Both the position numbers and the translations under genes were made by a program. The notes below the pieces were generated by a model that saw only the letters and a list, made by a program, of their open reading frames with translations, did no database searches and was not told the origin of the DNA. Shown piece by piece: positions 18,602 to 27,625 of a stretch of 64,000 nt of DNA. This DNA is from Candidatus Latescibacterota bacterium (GTDB taxonomy: Bacteria > Latescibacterota > UBA2968 > GCA-2709665), in NCBI GenBank assembly GCA_965248435.1, contig OZ252100.1, positions 4,704,001 through 4,768,000 of the forward strand, read 5' to 3'. The stretch's first letter is position 1. Each line of letters opens with the position of its first letter.

Positions 18602-20225
18602 AACCCGTGAACTGACGCCCGGGAAGACGGTCTTCGACTATGCAGACGATCTTATCGTCCAGGTCCCGACTTCCTGCGGCAGAACCGGACACTGCCACGA
18701 GTGCGTCGTGGAAATCAAGAAGGGCATGGATGCGCTCTGCCCACGGACCGAGGCCGAGTCTTTCCTGAAGGAAGAATTCCGCCTGGCCTGCCAGGCAGAA
18801 ATCCAGGATATCGAGGCCGACGTCGAATTCTCACCGCTCCGCAGAACCCCCAAAATCCTCACGGTTTCAAACGAAAAAGCGGTAGAACTGGATCCCGTGG
18901 TCACTCGCCAGGGTGAATCCGTCTGTTATGACGGGGAAGTGATCGACAAGTTCCGTGGGCATATCTATGGCCTGGCGATCGATCTCGGCACTACGACTGT
19001 GGTCATGGATCTGATGGACCTGGAAACAGGCGAGAGCATCCACACGAGTTCGTTTCTGAATCCTCAGGCATTCGGGGGAAGCGATGTTATGCATCGCATA
19101 TCCTACGACGGCGGGGAATTCCGGGGCGAGCTCCAAAAGGCGATCGTGAGTACTGTGAACCGCGAGATTGAGGCGATGGGTGAAAGTCTCGGTTTCGTTC
19201 GCCAGGAGATCTACGAAGTCGTCGTCGTGGGGAACTCGACGATGCGCGATATCCTGTTCAAACTGGACGTCCAGAGCATCGGCCAAAGGCCCTATAAATC
19301 GACGATCGAGCACGAATATCTCGAAGGCAAACGCGAGACGACCTCGCTCCTTCAGGGCACGCGCCGGCTGGGCCTGCGCGCCAATCCGAAGGCGAAGGCA
19401 TACGGCTTGTCCCTTATCGCCAGCCACGTGGGGGGTGACGTGGCCGCGGATCTCGCGGCCATAGACATGGAGAAGCAGCGGGATGTCGTTATGCTGGTGG
19501 ATGTGGGAACGAACACAGAAGTCGTCCTCGGACACGCGGGCCGGATGATGGCGGCCTCGTGTCCGGCCGGACCCGCTTTTGAGGGCGGGCTCATCAAGTA
19601 CGGCATGCCCGGGTTCGAAGGGGCGATCGAGTCGATTCGGCTCGGAAAAGACAATCATTTCGACTATCAGACGATTGGAGATTTGGAACCGCAGGGGATT
19701 TGCGGGTCTGGGTTGATTGACCTGCTGGCGGAACTTCGACGCAGCGACGGCATGTCGCCGAAAGGCGTCTTTGCGGACAAGGCCTATGAACTGACCATCG
19801 TTCCCGACTACGGCATCACCTTCTCCCGGGAGGATGCGAGCAACCTCGCACAGGCAAAGGCGGCCAACTACTGCGGCCAGTTTATCGTGATGCGGAACTT
19901 TGGTGTGGATCCGTCGGAGATAAGCAGGCTCTATCTCGCGGGCGGGTTTGCAAACTATGTGGATGTTCCTAATGCGATCGAGATCGGTTTCCTGGCGCCG
20001 GTTCCAGAGGACCGGATTGTCAAAGTAGGGAACGCGGCCCTGCAGGGGGCGAGGGAGGTCCTGCTTTCGCGACGAAGAAGGGAGGCCATCGAGCGTCTTG
20101 TAAAAGAGATCGAACATATCGAGCTGGAGACGACGCCCGATTTTTTCGAGGTGTTCGTAGAAGCCTGTCAGTTCAAACCGATGCCGGAAAAACTCACACC
20201 GAGCGCAATGGCGGTGAGCAACTAG
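18576..20225 (+). CDS. ASKHA-type reductive activator of corrinoid proteins (RACo/RamA-like) with N-terminal 2Fe-2S
   Basis: CGRTGHCHEC...RLACQ ferredoxin; DLGTTT, DVGTNTE, AGPAFEG, GICGSG, LAGGF. Confidence 0.93.
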   Translation: MGTISHVGETRELTPGKTVFDYADDLIVQVPTSCGRTGHCHECVVEIKKGMDALCPRTEAESFLKEEFRLACQAEIQDIEADVEFSPLRRTPKILTVSNEKAVELDPVVTRQGESVCYDGEVIDKFRGHIYGLAIDLGTTTVVMDLMDLETGESIHTSSFLNPQAFGGSDVMHRISYDGGEFRGELQKAIVSTVNREIEAMGESLGFVRQEIYEVVVVGNSTMRDILFKLDVQSIGQRPYKSTIEHEYLEGKRETTSLLQGTRRLGLRANPKAKAYGLSLIASHVGGDVAADLAAIDMEKQRDVVMLVDVGTNTEVVLGHAGRMMAASCPAGPAFEGGLIKYGMPGFEGAIESIRLGKDNHFDYQTIGDLEPQGICGSGLIDLLAELRRSDGMSPKGVFADKAYELTIVPDYGITFSREDASNLAQAKAANYCGQFIVMRNFGVDPSEISRLYLAGGFANYVDVPNAIEIGFLAPVPEDRIVKVGNAALQGAREVLLSRRRREAIERLVKEIEHIELETTPDFFEVFVEACQFKPMPEKLTPSAMAVSN

Positions 20226-20226
20226 A

Positions 20227-21831
20227 ATGGGCAACGCTCCAAAAACAATGCGGCCTAACGCAACGCCATGGTCCAAGCGGACGCTGCGCCATCTCCTGCA
20301 GGAGACGGACGAATTCATCACCTGCGTGGAACTCGTCACGTCACGCGGAATTATCACAGAGCGCCGTGGGCGGCGTGTTCTGGGGCTGGCACGCAGCCTC
20401 GCGGAGCATCCGAGAATCCACGGGTTAAGCATTACCGACAATCCGGGCGGGAACGCCATGCTGAGCGCAGATACACTGGGGACCGATCTGATCTCGCGCG
20501 GCCAGGAAGTGATTATTCATATCTCCTGCAAGGACTGGAACCGAAATGCGCTCCAGAGCCAGGGGTGGTCCATGGCCAGCAAGGGGTTCAACAATATCCT
20601 GACGTTGTCCGGCGACTACCCCATAGACGGCTATGAGGGTCTGGCGGGTGGGGTGTTCGATATCGACTCTGTCGGACTGCTGAAGATGCTTTCAGATATG
20701 AACGAGGGCCTGCAGGTCGGGGGAAACGGACGCGCCGCTGAAGTCCTGGAGCGAACGAAATTCTTCCTGGGCGCTGTGGTGAACAACCATAAGCTGCACG
20801 AACGGGAGGTCATGCCCCAGTACTTCAAGCTGGCAAAGAAGATCAAAACCGGAGCAGATTTCATCATCAATCAGATAGGATATGATTCCCGCAAGCAGGA
20901 TGAAATGATCAAGTACATGAAGTTTCACAATCTCAGTGTGCCCCTCATCGGAAACGTCTACGTGCTGAGCCGGCCGGCTGCCCGCTACTTCAACTCCGGG
21001 CGTATTCCAGGCGTGACGGTGACCGATGATTTGCTGACGGTCGCAGAAAAGCAGGGAAAGTCCAAAGACAAGGGGAAGGCGTTTTTCCTTGAATTCGCTG
21101 CGAAACAATGCGCCATCGCGAAAGGGCTTGGCTATCGGGGCATTTATCTCGGGGGCCAGCTCCGCTACAAAGACTATGAAGGGATTCTGGAGATCGCCGA
21201 CAGCTTTGGCGAGACAGACTGGAAGGGGTTTGCAAAGGAGATCCGGTTTCAGCTGCCCGGTGAGTTCTACTACTTTGAGCCCGACCCGGAGACAGATCTC
21301 AGTTCCGTCGAGGTCAACCGCGAGTACCTTCGTTCCAAGCGCCCGGAGGCCATGCGGGCATCCAGGCAGAGGATTCCCCTCAGCTACAAGCTGAATCGAA
21401 TCGTACACGACGAAGTATTCGAGCAGGAGAGCAAGGGGTTCAGCATCGGTCGAAAGGTGTCTGAGGCCATTTCGAATGCCGGAGACGGCTGGCGGAAGAT
21501 TGCGCACACTCTGGAGCAGGCGGTGAAGGGTCCGGCGTTCGACTGCTGGGACTGTGGAGACTGTTCCTTACCGGATATTGCGTATCTCTGCCCGGAGTCT
21601 CAGTGTGTCAAAAACCAGCGCAATGGACCTTGCGGAGGAACGCTGCAGGGCAAGTGCGAGATTGGAGAGAAAGAGTGCATTTGGGCCCGTGCGTATGAAC
21701 GGCTGAAGGCTTATGGGCAGGAAGAGGACATGCTGGACCGCCCGGTGGTGTTCAAAGACGGCTCACTTAAGGGCACCAGCGCCTGGTCAAATACCTTTTT
21801 GGAACGCGATCATCACGCGAAAGGGAAATGA
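20227..21831 (+). CDS. metF: methylenetetrahydrofolate reductase fused to a C-terminal MetV-like Cys-rich domain
   Basis: ITDNPGG, HISCKD.NR, LSGD, GADFIINQ; C-terminal CWDCGDC...CP...C.K..RNGPCGG...CE...CIW. Confidence 0.85.
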   Translation: MGNAPKTMRPNATPWSKRTLRHLLQETDEFITCVELVTSRGIITERRGRRVLGLARSLAEHPRIHGLSITDNPGGNAMLSADTLGTDLISRGQEVIIHISCKDWNRNALQSQGWSMASKGFNNILTLSGDYPIDGYEGLAGGVFDIDSVGLLKMLSDMNEGLQVGGNGRAAEVLERTKFFLGAVVNNHKLHEREVMPQYFKLAKKIKTGADFIINQIGYDSRKQDEMIKYMKFHNLSVPLIGNVYVLSRPAARYFNSGRIPGVTVTDDLLTVAEKQGKSKDKGKAFFLEFAAKQCAIAKGLGYRGIYLGGQLRYKDYEGILEIADSFGETDWKGFAKEIRFQLPGEFYYFEPDPETDLSSVEVNREYLRSKRPEAMRASRQRIPLSYKLNRIVHDEVFEQESKGFSIGRKVSEAISNAGDGWRKIAHTLEQAVKGPAFDCWDCGDCSLPDIAYLCPESQCVKNQRNGPCGGTLQGKCEIGEKECIWARAYERLKAYGQEEDMLDRPVVFKDGSLKGTSAWSNTFLERDHHAKGK

Positions 21832-22835
21832 GGGCATTCCTGGAGAGACTGAAGGATCCCAAGCCCCTGCTGTATGACGGTGGTTTCGCCACGGAGCTAT
21901 TCCGTAGAAGGATAGAGCTTCCGAATTCCGCTGTTGCCAGCGTATCGCACCCGGACACAGTGGTAGACATCCACTCCAGCTACCTTGATGCCGGGTCCGA
22001 CGTGCTCGGGACCAACACCTTCGTGGCGTCGGTCCTTCATCTGGAGATGGCCGGGAAGGATCCGTCAGAGGCGGCCGAGATTGTAAAAAGCTCGGTGGAA
22101 CACGCAAGGCGGGCAATTGAGCGCGCCGAGAAGGGTGCTTACGTGGCCGGAGTGATCGGCCCCTCCCCTGGAGCGCTGGAGGCTGACAGCGGGGACACCG
22201 AATTTGGGATCCCAAATGTAAAAGCGCGCGATGCTCACGCGAGAGTTGCTGAGGCTCTCGCTGGCGCAGGCGTCGATTTTTTTGTTCTTGAAACCATGTT
22301 CTCCGCGAAGGAGGCAGCGATCGCCATAGATTCGATCAGGGAGATCGGTCTGCCTATCGCCGTGAATCTGACCTATAAGTACACGAAAGACCGGAAGACG
22401 GGTGAATGCGTTTATAGGACAGATTGGGGGCATTCCGCGGGGGACCTGCTGGACATTCTGAGCTCTGGAGAGTTCTCGGACGGAGATGACCTGCTCGAGG
22501 TTGTTCAGGTTCTTGGTCTGAATTGCGGCGCGGAACAGACACGCGAGGAACACACGGGGATGCCCTACGCGAAGATTGGGATCCAGCAGCTCCGCGATGC
22601 CATGAAGGAAAGGGGGATCAACACCAAACGGATGATGTGCTTTCCAAACGCCGGAATACCCGACCTGGACATGAAGTATAAAGTGACAACTTATTCTCAG
22701 ACGCCGGAGGTGATGGCCCCGCACCTGCCGGACCTGCTTGAAGAGGGCGCTTATTTCATCGGGGGGTGCTGTGGAACGCAACCCGCACATATCAGGACGT
22801 TCCGGGAGTCACTGGATGCGAACTGGAAGACTTGA
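21828..22835 (+). CDS. homocysteine S-methyltransferase domain protein
   Basis: DGGFATEL, TNTF, ETM, GLNC, PNAG, IGGCCGT. Confidence 0.92.
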   Translation: MRAFLERLKDPKPLLYDGGFATELFRRRIELPNSAVASVSHPDTVVDIHSSYLDAGSDVLGTNTFVASVLHLEMAGKDPSEAAEIVKSSVEHARRAIERAEKGAYVAGVIGPSPGALEADSGDTEFGIPNVKARDAHARVAEALAGAGVDFFVLETMFSAKEAAIAIDSIREIGLPIAVNLTYKYTKDRKTGECVYRTDWGHSAGDLLDILSSGEFSDGDDLLEVVQVLGLNCGAEQTREEHTGMPYAKIGIQQLRDAMKERGINTKRMMCFPNAGIPDLDMKYKVTTYSQTPEVMAPHLPDLLEEGAYFIGGCCGTQPAHIRTFRESLDANWKT

Positions 22836-22844
22836 GGAGACTCG

Positions 22845-23882
22845 ATGAAGCTGAGCGGACTTGAAAGAGAATTCTTCGTGATTGGGGAAAACATCCATAC
22901 GACAAGGGTGCTGCTCAGGAAGGGGAAACTGATCGCGAACGATCCGGACGGCGATGACGCCGTTCGCTTCTACGACAACAACAAAAAGCGACGATATCTC
23001 AAGATTCCGGAGAAGGTAAAAAAGGCTCAAGATTTCCAGGAAGGTCGAGTGAAGCACATCAAAGTTGCGATAGATGCTGCGATGACGGGAGAGGAGCCCG
23101 AGGCGAGCATCGGTATGGACTACCTGAAGCGGCTCGTCAAGCGCCAGGTGGATGCAGGCGCAGACTTCCTGGACTTGAACGTAGATGAGATTTCCCTGAA
23201 AATCGAAGAGCAGAAGGCCGCCATAAAATGGCTGGTAGAGACCGTGGAGGAACTCTCTTCGGTTCCGCTGTCTATCGATTCCTCCAAGTCGGAGATCATC
23301 GAGGAGGGACTCAAAGCCTGCAGGGGCAAAGCAGGGCAGATGATGCTGAACTCGGCTTCCCTGGAGCGCGTGGATGCGCTGGACCTCGCAAAGCGGTTCA
23401 ACGCGAATGTCATCGTTACTGCGGCAGGCGCATCAGGGATGCCAGATGGAGAGGAGGAGCGGGTCACCAACGCCTCCAGTATGGTCGAGGCTGCGCTGGA
23501 GAGGGGCATTGCCATTCAGGATATCTTTATCGATCCGCTGGTGTTCCCGATCTCGGTGAACGATGAATTCGGAAACCACTGTTTCAAGGCCATACAAACC
23601 CTCAGAGGGCGGTTCGGGCCTGAGATTCACATTGCGGGCGGATTCAGCAACGTCTCTTTCGGAATTCCGAGCCGCCGCCTGGTGAACGACGTGTTCCTGA
23701 ACCTCGCCGTGGAAGCCGGGGCCGATAGCGGGATCATCGACCCCGTGACGAGCCATTTGGAAGAGGTCTTTACCCTGGACCGGGAAACCAAACCTTATCG
23801 GCTCGCTGAAGACATGCTTCTCGGCAGAGATCAATACTGCAAGAATTTCCTGATGGCTTATCGTAAGGGCGAACTGGAATGA
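22845..23882 (+). CDS. pterin-binding methyltetrahydrofolate:corrinoid methyltransferase domain protein
   Basis: IGENI, GADFLDLN, SIDSS, NS, IDP, GFSNVSFG. Confidence 0.9.
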   Translation: MKLSGLEREFFVIGENIHTTRVLLRKGKLIANDPDGDDAVRFYDNNKKRRYLKIPEKVKKAQDFQEGRVKHIKVAIDAAMTGEEPEASIGMDYLKRLVKRQVDAGADFLDLNVDEISLKIEEQKAAIKWLVETVEELSSVPLSIDSSKSEIIEEGLKACRGKAGQMMLNSASLERVDALDLAKRFNANVIVTAAGASGMPDGEEERVTNASSMVEAALERGIAIQDIFIDPLVFPISVNDEFGNHCFKAIQTLRGRFGPEIHIAGGFSNVSFGIPSRRLVNDVFLNLAVEAGADSGIIDPVTSHLEEVFTLDRETKPYRLAEDMLLGRDQYCKNFLMAYRKGELE

Positions 23883-23883
23883 T

Positions 23884-23980
23884 CGGCTACCGGGATAGGT
23901 AGATAGGCTACAGAGACCTGACGGTTTGGGGGCGACGCCTGCGTCGCCCCGAGAAATCAAAACACGGGTACCGGCTACTG
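23884..23980 (+). repeat. ~97-bp dispersed repeat, copy 2
   Basis: Direct repeat of 14645-14741. Confidence 0.9.
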
Positions 23981-24051
23981 CATCGCCGTGGATCGTGAAC
24001 CGTGGTTCAAAAATTCGACAGGAATCTCGGACTGATGAAGGGGTGCGCGAA

Positions 24052-24327
24052 ATGGCCGAGTATAAGGTACTCTACTGGAAGGGTATTCCCGCGCAGGTGA
24101 AGGTTTATGAGGGCAAAAAGTCCGTTTCGGGTAAGATGCCTGATCGTTTTCAAGAGGAGATCGATCAGATCGCCATGGAAGAAGGGCTCCAGCAGAGTGA
24201 GGCCTATCTGGACGAATGGCAATGGACCGAAAAGCTCGAACGTTCCGGGGATGCACAGACGGTACTGAGCCAACTGCTCCAGGAACTCGAATCCGAGTAC
24301 GATTCCAAGTCAGGGAAAAAGGAGTAA
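24052..24327 (+). CDS. 'virulence factor' family small protein (Virulence_fact-like)
   Basis: YWKGIPAQV...RFQEEID..AM..G......YL..W pattern; ATG 24052. Confidence 0.8.
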   Translation: MAEYKVLYWKGIPAQVKVYEGKKSVSGKMPDRFQEEIDQIAMEEGLQQSEAYLDEWQWTEKLERSGDAQTVLSQLLQELESEYDSKSGKKE

Positions 24328-24619
24328 ATCTTCTCAAATCATCCTTCCCCCGTATCCTCCCACTTTCCTCGTCGTTCTCCATGATCTCGTCGTGATCCAT
24401 CGTTCGAAACGAACCAAAGGTAACAAGGGTGGCCTGCCCCTCCGGACGCAGGATCATTTTGGTCATAAGTTATCCGCCTAATTCTATGCATTGTGTGTAG
24501 GGGCACGAGGTAACGCGACTTAGAAGTTTAAAGAATATAGATGCTGAAATAAAGGTGAGGATAGATACGCGAAAAAAGGGTAACGGGTAGGGCTGAATAG
24601 GTCAAGCTGAAATAGGGAT

Positions 24620-25674
24620 GCTGGATTCAATGACTAAGTGCAACACTTGGACTTGAAGACTTCAGCTGGTGTTTTGAAGTTAAGACATTTTCTTGGTCGG
24701 TTGTTGATCCGGTTCTGAATTTTCTTTAACTCGTGTTTGCTGACCTTTGAGAAGTCTGTCTTCTTGGGGAGGTATCTGCGGACCAGACCGATAGCGTTTT
24801 CCACAGCGCCTCGCTCCCAGCTGTGGAACGGTTTGCAGAAATAGGATTTGGTGCCAAGCACCTCGTTGACCCGTTGATGTTGGCCGTTTTCGGATCCGTT
24901 GTCATATGTGATGCTCTTCCTCATGTGGGGAGGATGTCGCCCAAGGCGTCGATTAATCGCTTCGGCGACCTCCGAGGGTCCGTTCTTTGCCAGCTTAGCC
25001 AGGTGTAGGTATCTCGACGATCGCTCAAGACAAGCGCCAACGGCCTGTTTGCTCTCACGAGAGATGATGGTGTCGGATTCCCAGTGGCCAGGTTGTTTCC
25101 GTTTTTCGATGTAACGGGGACGTCGATCGATCGAAATACGGCCTGGAATGTGGCTTTCCCGGTGTTTTCGGGTATGCCACCGCGGCTTTCGTTTTTTGTG
25201 AGCTCGGGATAAGCAAGCAACCAGATCCCGCTGCTTGTGCACCTTTGGATCGTAGATATACTGGTAGATGGCTTCGTGGCTGATACCCGCGCTCGGACGC
25301 TCCTCGGGAAGCCTCCCAGCGATCAACTCGGGAGACCATCCTTGCTTGAGTTTGGTCTCGACATATCGCCGGATAACCGGATTCTTCAGCCGTTTCCGCT
25401 TGCCGGCCTCCCGCTTACGTTTCTCAGCCCTTCTGTGAGCCTGGAGGCCCGAGTAACTCTCAGCTATCGGGGACGGATTACGTTTCAACTCTCTTGAAAT
25501 CGTGCTGGCGCTCCGGTCAAGGGCCTTGGCAATATCTCTAAGGCTTGCACCAGTGGCTCGACAAAGCGCAATCTGCTCGCGTTCGTCTATCGTAAGATGC
25601 TTGTAATTGTTTCCCATACACTTAGGATAGGACAGTTGCTACCCTAAGTGTTGCACTTCCTTATTGAACTCGGG
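24620..25674 (-). mobile_element. IS30 family insertion sequence
   Basis: Imperfect ~28-bp IRs sharing TTCAAT....AAGTGCAACACTT; GAT repeated at 24617-24619 and 25675-25677. Confidence 0.88.
24634..25617 (-). CDS. IS30 family transposase
   Basis: HLTIDERE..STISRELKRN HTH, WSPELI, GHWESDT, TYDNGSE, WERGAVEN, NNRPRKCL. Confidence 0.97.
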   Translation of the reverse strand: MGNNYKHLTIDEREQIALCRATGASLRDIAKALDRSASTISRELKRNPSPIAESYSGLQAHRRAEKRKREAGKRKRLKNPVIRRYVETKLKQGWSPELIAGRLPEERPSAGISHEAIYQYIYDPKVHKQRDLVACLSRAHKKRKPRWHTRKHRESHIPGRISIDRRPRYIEKRKQPGHWESDTIISRESKQAVGACLERSSRYLHLAKLAKNGPSEVAEAINRRLGRHPPHMRKSITYDNGSENGQHQRVNEVLGTKSYFCKPFHSWERGAVENAIGLVRRYLPKKTDFSKVSKHELKKIQNRINNRPRKCLNFKTPAEVFKSKCCT

Positions 25675-25682
25675 GATTCGAT

Positions 25683-25714
25683 AAAGGGGAGCCACTGATT
25701 GGCTCCCCTTTTTT
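25683..25714 (+). terminator. intrinsic terminator (possibly bidirectional)
   Basis: AAAGGGGAGCCA-N5-TGGCTCCCCTTTTTT. Confidence 0.75.
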
Positions 25715-25929
25715 AATGAAGATCCTAAAATACCATCTTTACCATCGATACCCTCGAAACCCAAGCCCTGGGTCACCTTCCAGGCCGATGGTATTGCGAC
25801 GATTCCCGACTATGCCATTATAATGGCCCTGAGAACCAAGTATCCGTGCCTGGGCCGAGACCCGTCTTTCACCCGGCCTACGCTAAATACCCAAGTTTCT
25901 TGGGGTTATCCTGTGAGGGGAAAATTGTC

Positions 25930-26000
25930 TTGATTTAAGGCCACTCGAGCCCCTATATTGATCTTATCGTAAGTAACGTTAAAACAGTCTATTACGATAA
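25930..26000 (+). promoter_or_regulatory. putative radC promoter with downstream inverted repeat
   Basis: TTGATT-N18-TATATT, then TTATCGTAA-N19-TTACGATAA. Confidence 0.5.
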
Positions 26001-26097
26001 ATACGGGGCCCACCTTGAGCCCGAAAAGTGACATATTGAACCGAAAGAGCCCGCCTGGTGAATCGCTACTTGGCGGGCTTAACCATTTGAAGCTCCA

Positions 26098-26538
26098 ATG
26101 GCCACCATCAAACTGTTAGAGGTAGGACTTATCGAAAACGGGGACAAAAGGAACAAGCGGCCCGACTCCATAACTCGGCCCATCCATTCCCTACCCTGGC
26201 TCAAGGACATCGTTGGGCGGGACCGGGAGACCTTCGTGACCTTGCACCTGGACACCCGCAATTGCCCTATTGCGATGGAGGTGGTCAGTATCGGCACGCT
26301 GAATGGGTCGATGGTCCATCCAAGGGAGGTTTTCAAGGCGGCCATTTTGAACAACGCGGCCCAAATCATCCTGGCCCACAACCATCCGAGCGGTGATCCC
26401 ACACCGAGCCGGGAAGATATCGAATTGACAAAGCGGATGCGGGAGGCGGGCGAGCTCTTGGGGATCGAGGTTTTGGATCACCTGATCGTGACCGCTGACC
26501 AAGGCTTCTTCTCAATGAAAGAGGGTAACCTGTTTTGA
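26098..26538 (+). CDS. radC: RadC-like JAB domain protein (short form)
   Basis: E.F..L.LD, VHPREVFK.A, AHNHPSGDPTPS.ED, LDHLI; lacks the N-terminal HhH part. Confidence 0.93.
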   Translation: MATIKLLEVGLIENGDKRNKRPDSITRPIHSLPWLKDIVGRDRETFVTLHLDTRNCPIAMEVVSIGTLNGSMVHPREVFKAAILNNAAQIILAHNHPSGDPTPSREDIELTKRMREAGELLGIEVLDHLIVTADQGFFSMKEGNLF

Positions 26539-26677
26539 TTCGAATTTCAGAATGCGCTCCAATACCAAAGTCGGCTGGCTGGAAGCGGATCTCGCCACCC
26601 TCGTATTATCGTGGGGAGGGGGTGGCAGCTTCCAGCTGGCTGAATCCACCAACACCCCAACTAGGGAGGGATGTGAG

Positions 26678-27399
26678 ATGAGAATTTCAAGATGGCTCGC
26701 GGTCGGATTAATGATCTTGTTTTGCACGATGAGCAGTGCAGCGTATGCGTCTGGCTTGCCTCTGAGCGATGTCACGAAGGAGGGCTTGGTGGCCTATCGC
26801 GGCATTCTGCTCTTTGCTCACTCCAAGATTGAATCGTTGGACAAGGTAGACGTCACCGCCTTGGTAGTGCCTCAACAAGCTCTCATCACCAGCGGTGCGG
26901 TTATTTGGAAACAGAAACGATTGGGGATGGATGTGATCAAGCAGGCTGTAGCAGAAATAGATGTGCACTTCCAGCATGGATTCCGGTTATGCTGAGGATG
27001 AGCATCAGGGACGAATCAGATTTTACTGCGAGCCTGAAGATCCCCTCGTCATTCGAGGACTACCTCTTTCTTGAGAACGACGGAGGCCAATTCGTCAGGG
27101 CTTCAAGTGCAGATCTGCCGATGTTGAAAGACCTCAGTGCTTTCAACCCGGCAATTACGGTTCACGTTTTGTTTCCAGCCAGCTTACCTGAAGAAGGCGG
27201 TAAGCTGATCGCGGAGGCTACAAAAGCCGTATCATTGACTGTGTCGGGGCTCTCAGATACCGAGGACTTGCGTTTTGAATGGACCGTGCCCCTTAGAGTC
27301 CCCGAGGCGCCGCCATCACTTCAAAGAATCTTCGATATGACCGATTTTGGCCGGCTATATGAGCAGCCGAAGGATAGTGGAAACAGTTCAGAGGACTGA
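26678..27399 (+). pseudogene. secreted hypothetical protein with a frameshift near 26979
   Basis: Signal peptide MRISRWLAVGLMILFCTMSSAAYA; an extra G in CATGGATTCCG joins ORFs 26552-26995 and 26905-27399. Confidence 0.6.
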
Positions 27400-27527
27400 G
27401 ACTTGTCCGAATCTGCTGTAATTCCTCTCGACGCAAACAAGACAGGCTGTGAGGTGGTTCTCTTAGCCGCAGAATCTGTCTGATAAAGCCTTGTAAGTAG
27501 GTCATAATGATCGTCCTGGAGGCAATT

Positions 27528-27614
27528 CGCAGGCTCCATGCCGAGAAGGTCCACGAAGAACGCGAGAGAATGCTGCTGGTTGTCTACCCAAAGGACGATG
27601 TGGTCGACGTTCAT
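27528..27614 (-). pseudogene. 5' fragment of a VOC/glyoxalase family gene
   Basis: MNVDHIVLWVDNQQHSLAFFVDLLGMEPA, then similarity stops at GCAATT (27522-27527). Confidence 0.75.
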
Positions 27615-27625
27615 AACGTGGCCTC

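Noticed and set aside
18867-20459. Long antisense ORFs (530 aa here; also 5678-6703, 12386-13501 and others)
   Set aside because: Shadow frames of well-supported genes in GC-rich DNA, with no recognisable motifs.
5641-23980. CRISPR array from the GGGTACC and 97-bp repeats
   Set aside because: Copies are kilobases apart with whole genes between them; no regular spacers and no cas genes.
23975-24466. 163-aa minus-strand ORF next to the left repeat
   Set aside because: Mostly antisense to the Virulence_fact gene; the unique first ~45 codons match nothing I recognise.
26259-27156. GCAATT copies inside radC and the secreted-protein gene as junctions
   Set aside because: Both lie in uninterrupted reading frames with no sign of a break; treated as chance occurrences.
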